Source: Maledivibacter halophilus
GTDB taxonomy: Bacteria; Bacillota; Clostridia; Peptostreptococcales; Caminicellaceae
Direction of reading: 5' to 3'
Length of the DNA: 32,000 nucleotides
Assembly: GCF_900167445.1 (NCBI RefSeq)
Contig: NZ_FUZT01000009.1
Span: forward strand, 169,058-201,057
The position numbers and the translations under genes were made by a program. The notes beneath the pieces were generated by a model. The model was not told where the DNA came from. It was given only the letters and a program-made list of their open reading frames with translations, and searched no databases. The stretch's first letter is position 1, and each line of letters starts with the position of its first letter. Below are positions 18,098 through 26,635 of the stretch, piece by piece.

Positions 18098-19321
18098 ATG
18101 AAAAAACGAGCTATTGTATTGATAATAGACAGTTTAGGAATAGGATATATGGATGATGTTAAAAGGGTTCGCCCTCAGGACGAAGGTGCAAATACCTTTT
18201 ATCATATTTTAGATAAATCAAAGGATATAAAAATACCCAATCTAGAAAGATTAGGAATAAATAGAGTCCTTAGACATCCAAGATTAAAGAAAGACATAGG
18301 AATTGCTAGCTATGGAATACTCAATTTACAGCATTATGGTGCTGACAGCTATGCAGGTCATCAGGAGATAATGGGAACTAAACCTAAAAAGCCTTTGATG
18401 AAACCCTTTGTATATTTTATGGATAATGTAAAGGCTGCCCTTGAAAAACAAGGATATAAAGTAGAAATACCTAATACCTATAGACCCTATTTATTGGTGA
18501 ATGAACTGGTTGTAGTTGCAGATAATATAGAAACTGATTATGGACAGATTTATAATATTACAGCACCACTGGATCATATATCCTTTGATGAAGTATTAAA
18601 GATAGGGAAGATTGTTAGGAAGAATGTAAAGGTAAATCGCGTAATAGCTTTAGGTGGAAAAGATGTCTCTATAAAAGAAATTATTGATAGTATAGAAAGA
18701 CGAGAAGATGGACTTATAGGAGTAAATTCGCCAAAATCAGGGGTATATAAAAAAGGATACCAGGCAAGACATTTAGGCTTTGGTGTAAACCCAGAAAAGC
18801 AGATTAGTAGTATTTTATCAAAACTAGGAAAAGAAATTACTCTTATTGGCAAAATGCAAGATGTTATCAAATGTGATAAAGCAAAAAATATACCAGCAGT
18901 GGATACACAGCTGGTTATGAAAGAAATAATAAAACAACTTCACCAAATGAATGAAGGATTGATTTCAGCAACAGTTCAAGAAACTGATTTGGCAGGGCAT
19001 GCCCAGGATGTTGAGCTTTATGCAAAGAGAATAATGTTAGTAGATAAATATTTAGGTATCATCATAGAAAATATGACTAAGGATGATTTGCTTATAATTA
19101 GTGCTGATCATGGTAATGATCCTACAATTGGTCACAGCCAACATACTAGGGAAAAGACTTTTTTACTGGCATATAGTAAAAGATTAAGTAGTAATTATAT
19201 TGGAGAAAGAAAAACACTATCGGATATAGCTGCAACAATTGGTGAGTATTTTAATTCATTATCACCAGAGAATGGACAGAGTTTTTACAGTTCATTAAAT
19301 AAAAAATCTGATATAAGATAG
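18098..19321 (+). CDS. yhfW: YhfW-like phosphopentomutase-family metalloenzyme
   Basis: IVLIIDSLGIGYMDD at the N-terminus and SADHGNDPTIGHSQHTRE near the C-terminus are the alkaline-phosphatase-superfamily/DeoB-like metal-binding motifs. I chose the start at ATG 18098, after the yhfX stop at 18084. Confidence 0.8.
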   Translation: MKKRAIVLIIDSLGIGYMDDVKRVRPQDEGANTFYHILDKSKDIKIPNLERLGINRVLRHPRLKKDIGIASYGILNLQHYGADSYAGHQEIMGTKPKKPLMKPFVYFMDNVKAALEKQGYKVEIPNTYRPYLLVNELVVVADNIETDYGQIYNITAPLDHISFDEVLKIGKIVRKNVKVNRVIALGGKDVSIKEIIDSIERREDGLIGVNSPKSGVYKKGYQARHLGFGVNPEKQISSILSKLGKEITLIGKMQDVIKCDKAKNIPAVDTQLVMKEIIKQLHQMNEGLISATVQETDLAGHAQDVELYAKRIMLVDKYLGIIIENMTKDDLLIISADHGNDPTIGHSQHTREKTFLLAYSKRLSSNYIGERKTLSDIAATIGEYFNSLSPENGQSFYSSLNKKSDIR

Positions 19322-19340
19322 TAATAATAAAATCATATGA

Positions 19341-19378
19341 AAAAAGACCTCTTTTATTTTGACAAGAGGTCTTTTTCT
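19341..19378. terminator. Bidirectional rho-independent terminator
   Basis: AGACCTCTT (19345-19353) pairs with AAGAGGTCT (19364-19372). An A-run lies on the left and a T-run on the right. It sits between convergent yhfW and ORF 19394..19603. Confidence 0.8.
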
Positions 19379-19393
19379 ATTTAAGTAGAAATC

Positions 19394-19603
19394 CTATTCA
19401 AAATCTGAATCTTCATAAAATCGTGATGGGTCTATTATATCTTCGTCCTTTTTCATTGACCAAGGCATAACATATGCGTTTTGCTGTTTGGGTATAATAT
19501 CATAATCATGGGAATTATAACTTTTATCTATTAGATTCATGGCTTCCTTGGCACTAGTATAATCCTTATCCTTTGTGTTTTTTTGTTTTGTCATCTTATT
19601 CAC
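19394..19603 (-). CDS. Small acidic hypothetical protein (69 aa)
   Basis: A good RBS (AAGAGGTGA) lies 7 nt upstream of the ATG, and the terminator is just downstream. I recognise no family. Confidence 0.55.
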   Translation of the reverse strand: MNKMTKQKNTKDKDYTSAKEAMNLIDKSYNSHDYDIIPKQQNAYVMPWSMKKDEDIIDPSRFYEDSDFE

Positions 19604-19907
19604 CTCTTTATTTTAATGGAGTAAGATAATTGCATAATGTATATAAATTTCTAACTGAAATCCCTACAATATTTATTTGTAAATATGAATTAAATATGCA
19701 ATTTTCTCAAATAGTATTTATATTATATTATTTCTTATAAAATAAAAATTATTATAGATAAAACAATTGCATGATTATTCAGATAAATAGTTTTAACTTG
19801 ATTTCTCTATGATTTAAAAATTTTGGTATAATAGTTATATATAACTATGTTGAAATTTAGATTGTGGAGGCTAAATATTATTATGTAAAATTTAAAATTT
19901 TTAGGAG

Positions 19908-20228
19908 GTGAAGAAAATTACATATAATTCTAAATTAGTCACGGATTTTTTAGATGAGTTGTTTGATGCTATTTTACTACTAAAGGATAGAGAAGAATGT
20001 TACAGGTTTTTTGAAGATATTTGTACTATTAAAGAGCTGCAGGCAATATCCCAAAGGCTGCAGGTGGCAAAGCTGCTAAGAGCAGATAAAACTTATCATG
20101 AAGTAGAGAAAATAACCGGTGCAAGCACAGCAACAATTAGTAGAGTAAATAAATGTCTTCTTTATGGTGCAGACGGATACAATATAATATTAGACAGAAT
20201 TGATAAAATGGAAGGGGAAAGTAAATAA
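19908..20228 (+). CDS. yerC: YerC/YecD-family TrpR-like DNA-binding protein
   Basis: LFDAILLLKDREECYRFFEDICTIKELQAISQRLQVAKLL..TY.EVEKITGASTATISRVNKCL matches YerC almost motif for motif. The exact start is uncertain because GTG 19908 abuts AGGAGG. Confidence 0.85.
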   Translation: MKKITYNSKLVTDFLDELFDAILLLKDREECYRFFEDICTIKELQAISQRLQVAKLLRADKTYHEVEKITGASTATISRVNKCLLYGADGYNIILDRIDKMEGESK

Positions 20229-20449
20229 TTGAGTAAATTGCATAATATATGTAAAGAATTTTAAAATTAATAATGTTAATTATGCAAGTTTCTTAATTAA
20301 GTACAATTGAATAAAGGAAAAAAGAGGAGCAGAAATTAGTTTGCAGAAAAAATCTTATAGTGAAAAAGCATGAGGATATCGTAGTCTGTATTAATAATTT
20401 TATATTTATTGAATTTTAGGTATTTATATTTTTAGTATTCATAAAAGTT

Positions 20450-20480
20450 TTTATAAAAGAAGGAGGCAAAATGCCTCCAA
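20450..20480 (-). terminator. Terminator of the thi operon
   Basis: GGAGGCA (20462-20468) pairs with TGCCTCC (20472-20478). On the minus strand TTCTTTTAT follows. It begins 4 nt after the thiE stop. Confidence 0.65.
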
Positions 20481-20483
20481 ACT

Positions 20484-21083
20484 TTAGATGCTTTTTACTT
20501 TTTCAGATAATTTTCTAGCTGATGAATATGGGTCAAGGGATGACATTATATATGACATCACTGCCACTCCATCTGCTCCTGCTTTAATAATATCTCGAAT
20601 ATTTTTTTCATTAATTCCCCCAAGGGCTATAACGGGAATATTGACTTTAGATTTAATATTTTTTATTAAATTAATTCCTTTAGGTTTAAGTCCTTTTTTA
20701 CAATCAGTTTCAAAAATATGACTGGCTAAAATATATTTAGCTCCATATTTTTCAGCATCTATTGCTTCCTTTACACTATGGACTGATAATCCAAACAGTA
20801 CTCCATTTAAATCTGGTTTGTGGTTTTCAAAATCCTTAATACCTATATGAAAAAAGTTAGCATTAGAAATTATAGCGGATTTTAAGTTCCCATTAATTAT
20901 TAATTGAGCACTAAAGGAATTAGTTATATTTCTCAGTTTGAATACAATGGGAAGCAGTTCTTTATATGCTAAATCCTTTTCACGAAGTATGACTGCTTCG
21001 GTTCCACCCCGTAGAGCTTCTAAAACTACACTGTATAGATTACCAGATTTTATTAATTTCCTATTGGTTATGAGATAAAGCAC
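20484..21083 (-). CDS. thiE: Thiamine-phosphate synthase
   Basis: 199 aa with LYLITNR, ILREKD and PVIALGGI..N motifs. It is the last gene of the thiSFGHCE operon. Confidence 0.9.
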   Translation of the reverse strand: MLYLITNRKLIKSGNLYSVVLEALRGGTEAVILREKDLAYKELLPIVFKLRNITNSFSAQLIINGNLKSAIISNANFFHIGIKDFENHKPDLNGVLFGLSVHSVKEAIDAEKYGAKYILASHIFETDCKKGLKPKGINLIKNIKSKVNIPVIALGGINEKNIRDIIKAGADGVAVMSYIMSSLDPYSSARKLSEKVKSI

Positions 21084-21084
21084 A

Positions 21085-22398
21085 TTAGTCGTCCTCTCTC
21101 AATATATTAATATTTTTTCCTTTCATAACTTTATTCATATTTCTCATTGAACACATTTTCCCACACATTGTACAGCTATCATCGTGCTCTGGAGTAGATT
21201 CCTTCCTATATCTTCTTGCTTTTTCCTCATCAATTGAAAGATTAAACATTTTTTCCCAATTCAGATTTTGTCTTGCCTTACTCATTTCATAATCCCACTG
21301 CTTTGCACCAGGAATATTTTTGGCTATATCTGCTGCATGGGCTGCAATTTTAGTGGCAATAATTCCTTCCTTCATATCTTCAAGATTAGGTAATCTTAAA
21401 TGTTCTGCCGGTGTAACATAACAAAGGAAATCGGCACCATTAGAAGCTGCAATGGCCCCACCTATGGCACTTGTAATATGATCATATCCTGGAGCTATAT
21501 CAGTTACAATAGGTCCTAATACATAGAAAGGAGCACCATGGCAAAGCTTTTTCTCAATAAGCACATTAGCTTTTATTTCATTTATAGCCACATGACCTGG
21601 GCCTTCTATCATTACTTGAACATTTCTTTCCCATGCTCTTTTAGTTAGTTCTCCAAGTATCATTAATTCTTTGATTTGGCTTGCGTCGGTTGCATCATTT
21701 ATACTTCCGGGACGGCAAGCATCTCCAAGGCTAAGGGTAACATCGTATTTTTCACAAATATCAAGAAGCTCATCATAATACTCAAAAAATGGGTTTTCTT
21801 CATTATTAAGTTCCATCCAAGCATAAATAAGAGAGCCACCCCTTGAAACTATGTGATTAAGTCTTCTATTTCTCTTGAAAACCTCAGCAGTTTCTCTGTT
21901 GATTCCTGCATGAATTGTTATAAAGTCAACACCATTTTCAGCATGTTTATGGGCTACGTCTAAGAATTCTTTGGCAGTAATATCCTTAAGCTCTTTATCA
22001 TAGAAACCTACAGCATCATAGATTGGTACAGTTCCAATCATGGCTGGTGACATATCAACAAGCCTTGTTCTAAATTCTTCAGTTTTTCCATAGGAGCTTA
22101 AGTCCATAATGGCTTCTACATTAAATTCTAGAGCTCCTTTTACCTTTTCAAGCTCTTTTTCTATATTATAGCAGTCCTTTGAAATACCAAGATTCACATT
22201 TATTTTTGTTCTTAGTCCTTCGCCAACTCCTTCAGGATTTAAGGACTTATGATTCTTGTTTGCAGGGATTACTATTTTTCCCTCAGCTATTCTTTTTCGT
22301 AATATGTCTATATCCATACCTTCTTTTTTAGCTACTATTTTCATTTCTTCAGTGATAATTCCTTTTTTAGCAGCATCCATTTGAGTTGTATAATTCAT
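21085..22398 (-). CDS. thiC: Phosphomethylpyrimidine synthase
   Basis: 437 aa with typical ThiC motifs ([26 protein letters not shown], and the C-terminal CTMCGKMCS cluster). Confidence 0.95.
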   Translation of the reverse strand: MNYTTQMDAAKKGIITEEMKIVAKKEGMDIDILRKRIAEGKIVIPANKNHKSLNPEGVGEGLRTKINVNLGISKDCYNIEKELEKVKGALEFNVEAIMDLSSYGKTEEFRTRLVDMSPAMIGTVPIYDAVGFYDKELKDITAKEFLDVAHKHAENGVDFITIHAGINRETAEVFKRNRRLNHIVSRGGSLIYAWMELNNEENPFFEYYDELLDICEKYDVTLSLGDACRPGSINDATDASQIKELMILGELTKRAWERNVQVMIEGPGHVAINEIKANVLIEKKLCHGAPFYVLGPIVTDIAPGYDHITSAIGGAIAASNGADFLCYVTPAEHLRLPNLEDMKEGIIATKIAAHAADIAKNIPGAKQWDYEMSKARQNLNWEKMFNLSIDEEKARRYRKESTPEHDDSCTMCGKMCSMRNMNKVMKGKNINILREDD

Positions 22399-22422
22399 AT
22401 GTAAATCATCCTTTCATTTATT

Positions 22423-23526
22423 TTATATTTGCAACCAGTCTTTAAACACTGGTTGATAGCCTTTACTTAATAATATTCTTTTCATTTCTTCTACACTGCG
22501 TTTGTCAGAGATTTCAAACTGACTGTCGCTTTTTGTCTTAGAAGAATGACCTCCTACTTCAGTAGATACTCCCCCAGACATTTTGGTAACTCCTAGGGGA
22601 ATAAGATTATCTCTAAAATTTTGACTTTCTCTTGTTGATATTGTTATACCAGCCCTTGGCAGAAAAAGTCTCAGTGCCAGTAATATTTGTACTAAGCTTT
22701 TATCATCTACTAGAAAAATATCGTTAAAGCTTCCTACATGGGGTCTAATCCTTGGAAGGGATACACTTATCTCTGTATCGGAATATTTATTCTGGAGATA
22801 TAGGGCATGAAGTCCTGTGAAAAAGCCTTCCTTTCTCCAATCGTCTAATCCTAAAAGTGCTCCAATATTTACACTATGGATTCTTGCTTTACATGCTCTT
22901 TCCGGTGCATTTAATCTAAAATCATAATTTTTCTTTGGACCGGCTATATGAACCCGATCATATATTTCTTCATTGTAAACTTCCTGATATATTGTAAGGG
23001 AGTCAACGCCAGCCTTTACAACTTTGCTATATTCTTCTTCAGTTAATGGATAAATTTCTATGGCAATAGAATCAAAATATTTTTTAAGAATTTTTACAGC
23101 ATCAATAATATATGACACTGGACTATCCTTTTTTGATTCACCGGTTAATATTAAAATATGTCTCAAACCTGTTTTAGAAATTGCCTTGGCTTCCTGCTCT
23201 ATTTCTTCTAGAGTCAGCTTTTTTCTTATAATATTATTTGAAACATTGAATCCACAGTAAGAGCATTTATTGACACAATGATTAGCAATATACATGGGAG
23301 TAAATAAGTGCATTATTTTACCAAAATTCTGTACCGTTAATCTATGGGATTTTTGGGCCATTTCTTCTAAAAAGTTTTCAGCTGCTGGAGATAATAAAGT
23401 TAAAAAGTCATATTTATCTAGTTTTTCTTTATTAATTACTCTTTGAATATCTTGCTTAGTTATTTCACTAAAGAAATTAGAAAAATCAAAATCCTTTATT
23501 TTGCTGTATTCATTATAGAAGGACAT
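22423..23526 (-). CDS. thiH: 2-iminoacetate synthase (radical SAM)
   Basis: 367 aa with the radical-SAM motif [10 protein letters not shown]. It sits between thiG and thiC. Confidence 0.92.
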   Translation of the reverse strand: MSFYNEYSKIKDFDFSNFFSEITKQDIQRVINKEKLDKYDFLTLLSPAAENFLEEMAQKSHRLTVQNFGKIMHLFTPMYIANHCVNKCSYCGFNVSNNIIRKKLTLEEIEQEAKAISKTGLRHILILTGESKKDSPVSYIIDAVKILKKYFDSIAIEIYPLTEEEYSKVVKAGVDSLTIYQEVYNEEIYDRVHIAGPKKNYDFRLNAPERACKARIHSVNIGALLGLDDWRKEGFFTGLHALYLQNKYSDTEISVSLPRIRPHVGSFNDIFLVDDKSLVQILLALRLFLPRAGITISTRESQNFRDNLIPLGVTKMSGGVSTEVGGHSSKTKSDSQFEISDKRSVEEMKRILLSKGYQPVFKDWLQI

Positions 23527-23539
23527 TTTAATACCACCT

Positions 23540-24307
23540 TTACTTATTCAGAAATCCTGTTAATGGAGAAGAAGCCTCTGCAAATTCTTTCTCTGGGGCT
23601 GTTTTTGAAAGATAGGCTATTCTTCCAGCTTTGACACTCAAATTGAAGGCTTTACCCATATTTATAGGATCACCGGCAGTTGCTATTGCAGTATTGACTA
23701 AAACTGCATCTGCTCCTATTTCCATAGCCTCGGCAGCATGTGAGGGCTTACCTATACCTGCATCTACAATAACTGGCAGATTAATTTCATCTATTAGTAT
23801 TCTGATTAATTCCTTAGTTTCGAGTCCCCTATTTGTACCTATTGGAGCTCCTAGGGGCATAACTGCTGCGGCTCCAGCATTTACTAGATTTTTGGCAGCC
23901 ATTAAGTCAGGACTCATATATGGAAGAACTACAAAACCTTCTTTAGCTAAAGTTTCTGTGGCTTTTATGGTTTCATAGTTATCTGGAAGAAGATACTTAT
24001 TATCAGAAATAACTTCGATTTTTATCCAGTTACCACATCCCATAGCCTTTGCAAGTCTTGCTATTCTAACTGCTTCATCGGCATTTCGTGCACCAGAAGT
24101 ATTGGGTAGTAAAATGTAGTCCTTTGGAATATAATCTAATATATTTTCCTCCTTTGATTTCAAATCTACTCTTCTAAGGGCCATTGTAATTACCTTAGAC
24201 TCAGAGCTTTTTATTACGTCTGGAATAATTTTTTTGTTTGGAAATTTTCCTGTGCCTATAAAGAGCCTATTATCAAGTTCTACATCACCAATAATTAATT
24301 TGTCCAT
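23540..24307 (-). CDS. thiG: Thiazole synthase
   Basis: 255 aa with [30 protein letters not shown] and VLVNTAIA motifs. Confidence 0.95.
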   Translation of the reverse strand: MDKLIIGDVELDNRLFIGTGKFPNKKIIPDVIKSSESKVITMALRRVDLKSKEENILDYIPKDYILLPNTSGARNADEAVRIARLAKAMGCGNWIKIEVISDNKYLLPDNYETIKATETLAKEGFVVLPYMSPDLMAAKNLVNAGAAAVMPLGAPIGTNRGLETKELIRILIDEINLPVIVDAGIGKPSHAAEAMEIGADAVLVNTAIATAGDPINMGKAFNLSVKAGRIAYLSKTAPEKEFAEASSPLTGFLNK

Positions 24308-24309
24308 TT

Positions 24310-25116
24310 TTACACATCCTTTTCTCCCATTATTATTCTCAAAACTGTATTGGCTTGATGGTTAGCAGCAATTGCAACTCTAGGAGACATAAGTCCACAT
24401 CCGGGTTTTGCTTCAGATACATCATCCCCTATTAAATAAAAATTTTCTCTAATTTTTTTTGTTGCTATGGTATTGCTGGAAAAATAGCCTGCCAATCCAG
24501 AGGCTGCCACTATCTTTTTTTCAGGCATTTTCTGTAATACAATATTTATGAGCTTCGCCTTGGATCTGGGATTATCAAAGGCTTCAACTATTATGTCTAC
24601 ATCAGAGAAAATTTCTTCTACATTGTTTTCATCTATATAAGTATCTTTAGTTTCTATTTTTACAAAGGGATTGATTTTTGAAATTAAATCTTTCATAGCT
24701 TCAGTTTTTTTCATTCCCAAATGCTTTATAAAGTATTGCTGTCTGTTTAAATTACTAGGTTCAACTATATCAAAGTCTATGAGTTTTAAATATCCTATTC
24801 CAATTCTAGCCAGTGAAATTGAAGCATTTGAGCCCAAGCCTCCAAGTCCAGCAATTCCAACTCTGGCTTTTTTTATTTTTTCATGAACTCCCGGCGTATG
24901 ACGTGATATCATAAGGGCTTCAAGCTCTTCATAGGATGGTATTTCGCCTTTTTTTATAAGGCTTATTCTATCCTGCTTTTTAAGGGGAATATCTTCACTT
25001 ATGATAAATCCGTTGTGAATTACTATATCTGCATTGGGTCTATAGCTTTCTTTTATAGAAAAAGCTGTAGCCTTATTATCTACAATAATGAGTTTTTCGT
25101 TAAGGAAGATTTCCAT
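24310..25116 (-). CDS. thiF: ThiF-family sulfur-carrier adenylyltransferase with an extra N-terminal domain of about 85 aa
   Basis: [23 protein letters not shown] is the E1-like nucleotide-binding motif. I prefer ATG 25116, behind GGTGG. The track start GTG 25125 would overlap thiS. Confidence 0.85.
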   Translation of the reverse strand: MEIFLNEKLIIVDNKATAFSIKESYRPNADIVIHNGFIISEDIPLKKQDRISLIKKGEIPSYEELEALMISRHTPGVHEKIKKARVGIAGLGGLGSNASISLARIGIGYLKLIDFDIVEPSNLNRQQYFIKHLGMKKTEAMKDLISKINPFVKIETKDTYIDENNVEEIFSDVDIIVEAFDNPRSKAKLINIVLQKMPEKKIVAASGLAGYFSSNTIATKKIRENFYLIGDDVSEAKPGCGLMSPRVAIAANHQANTVLRIIMGEKDV

Positions 25117-25117
25117 T

Positions 25118-25309
25118 CTAACCACCGCCTACTAGACTAATAATTTCAATTTTATCTTTTTTGTTAAGCATAAAATTTTTATAGTTTTCCCTGGAAATGA
25201 TTTTAAAGTTTACTTCTACAACTACTTTATTCATGTCGAGATTTAGATTTTTAAGCAGATCGAGAATTGTAATATTTTGAAAATCCATTTTCTTGTCATT
25301 TACTATCAT
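25118..25309 (-). CDS. thiS: Sulfur-carrier protein ThiS
   Basis: 63 aa ending in ..SLVGGG. A strong RBS AAGGAGG lies upstream. Confidence 0.88.
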   Translation of the reverse strand: MIVNDKKMDFQNITILDLLKNLNLDMNKVVVEVNFKIISRENYKNFMLNKKDKIEIISLVGGG

Positions 25310-25351
25310 GCCGGACCTCCTTTCATTGATTGATGGTTAAAGTAAAATAGT

Positions 25352-25372
25352 TAAAGTTAATATATAACTTTA
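25352..25372. promoter_or_regulatory. 21-bp palindrome P1, TAAAGTTA-ATATA-TAACTTTA
   Basis: Perfect 8-bp arms. It lies 43 nt upstream of the thiS start (minus-strand gene). Confidence 0.5.
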
Positions 25373-25411
25373 TATATTTATGTAATCATTGAAAAATGTT
25401 ACCTTCATAGC

Positions 25412-25432
25412 TAAAGTTAAAGTTTAACTTTA
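25412..25432. promoter_or_regulatory. 21-bp palindrome P2, TAAAGTTA-AAGTT-TAACTTTA
   Basis: Perfect 8-bp arms, exactly 60 bp from P1. Confidence 0.5.
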
Positions 25433-25590
25433 AGTATAGAGAAACAATTTATACATCATAAACAATCCTAGGAGCATAGATGTTTTTAAAATCTATAAAT
25501 AAACCTTTTAATCAGTTAAATTTAGATGGTTTAAGTTAATATGGAGCTTTAGGTATCTAGATAGTTGTTGGAAAACCTCATTTTCAAGGT

Positions 25591-25611
25591 TAAAGTTAAA
25601 TTTGAACTTTA
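25591..25611. promoter_or_regulatory. 21-bp palindrome P3, TAAAGTTA-AATTT-GAACTTTA
   Basis: 8-bp arms with one mismatch. It lies just downstream (in the minus-strand sense) of the second leader terminator. Confidence 0.45.
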
Positions 25612-25623
25612 AATTGTGAATAT

Positions 25624-25657
25624 GAAATAAAAAAGGAAGCAGATAATCTGCTTCCCT
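25624..25657 (-). terminator. Second rho-independent terminator in the thi leader
   Basis: GGAAGCAG (25635-25642) pairs with CTGCTTCC (25648-25655) around a 5-nt loop. On the minus strand TTTTTTTATTT follows. Confidence 0.7.
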
Positions 25658-25721
25658 CATAACACTCATAGTATAAGAATATAGTAAGTGAAAATAAATG
25701 TTTTTAATGTTTAACAAGCTT

Positions 25722-25757
25722 TAAATAAAAAATCACAAATTCTAGGAATTTGTGATA
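25722..25757 (-). terminator. Expression-platform terminator of the TPP riboswitch
   Basis: The stem ATCACAAATT / AATTTGTGAT lies at 25732-25756. On the minus strand TTTTTTATTT follows. It is about 40 nt downstream of the aptamer. Confidence 0.75.
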
Positions 25758-25796
25758 AGTAATAAACTATATTATATAAAAATACTTACTATAACA

Positions 25797-25886
25797 CACT
25801 TCCCTACGGTGGGATTAACCACGTCAGGTTATGAGGGTCAGAAATAACATTTCTATCTCAGCCTATTATATAGGCTCCCCTAGTTA
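25797..25886 (-). promoter_or_regulatory. TPP (THI-box) riboswitch aptamer
   Basis: The minus strand reads ACTAGGGGAGCC..GGCTGAGA..ACCCTCATAACCTGACGTGGTTAATCCCACCGTAGGGA, which contains the conserved CUGAGA, ACCCU..AACCUGA and CGUAGGGA elements. Confidence 0.9.
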
Positions 25887-25910
25887 CTATTAAATTTTTT
25901 CTTCAAAGGA

Positions 25911-25939
25911 ATTATAACATGTTTTGAAGAATTTTACAA
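25911..25939 (-). promoter_or_regulatory. Sigma-A promoter of the thi leader
   Basis: On the minus strand: TTGTAA (25939-25934), a 17-nt spacer, then TATAAT (25916-25911). It is about 25 nt upstream of the riboswitch. Confidence 0.65.
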
Positions 25940-26009
25940 CATAAATGATTAGTCTAAAAGAAAAAAATTCTTAAAGTACAAATTATTGTAAGAAAATAAT
26001 GGAGGGAAA

Positions 26010-26390
26010 AGATGGAATATGTAGAATTATAGAAACATACAGAATTTAACATTCTATTATTTATATGTTAGCCAGGCATTAAGTTCTATTAAATTTTTAT
26101 ATAAATATGTTTTAAGCAAGGAAAGAAAAGATAGATATACAATTCTTTCCCAAATAGTTTTAAATATTCTTAGGGAATATGCAAAATATGAAAAACCAGA
26201 AGATTGGTTATTTACAGGAGGAAAAGAAGGTGAATATTTAAAGGAACGATCAGTTCAACTCTTAGATATATACAAGAAGTATTAGGGCATACAAGTTCAA
26301 AGACCACCGAAATATATACTCATGTGAGTAAAACAAACTTAACAAAAATAAAAAGTCCTTTAGATAAAATATTAAAAAAAGACAATTAAT
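26010..26390 (+). pseudogene. Tyrosine recombinase (integron-integrase/XerC-like) pseudogene with internal deletions and frameshifts
   Basis: Fragments lie in different frames: ..SQALSSIKFLYKYVL / SKERKDRYTILSQIVLNILREYAKYEKPEDWLFTG..ERSVQ / LRYIQEVLGHTSSKTTEIYTHVSKTNLTKIKSPLDKIL*. These are N-terminal SAM-like, KDRY, and catalytic HxxR..Y-region motifs. Most of the catalytic domain is missing. Confidence 0.75.
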
Positions 26391-26435
26391 ATTACTAATA
26401 GAAAGGTTTTAAAGGTATATACAGCTATAGGAAAG

Positions 26436-26517
26436 CATTACCGACATAAATAGTCGCGTAACATACTTATCTAGAAGTATTAGCGACATGGGTTAGTCGG
26501 TAACGCATTAGTTAGAT
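26436..26517 (+). other. Complex palindromic recombination-site candidate (attI-like or attC-like) ending in the GTTAGAT core
   Basis: A 71-nt imperfect palindrome: GCATTACCGAC..GTCGCGTAAC-ATACTT-atctag-AAGTAT-TAGCGAC..GTCGGTAACGC. It is followed by CGGTAAC, 6 nt, and GTTAGAT (26511-26517). It contains four TAAC/GTTA-type boxes. Confidence 0.5.
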
Positions 26518-26635
26518 AAAATTCCCAACTCATTTCGGAGATTACTATTGGGTTATTTAATATTGGATTAGAATATGAGTTGTGAATAATCAATAGATGA
26601 AGTATATTTATGAAGATTGAGGGGATGGTTTGATT

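Noticed and set aside
25508-25717. 69-codon minus-strand ORF inside the thi leader.
   Set aside because: It has no RBS, crosses a strong intrinsic terminator, and gives a low-complexity AT-driven translation.
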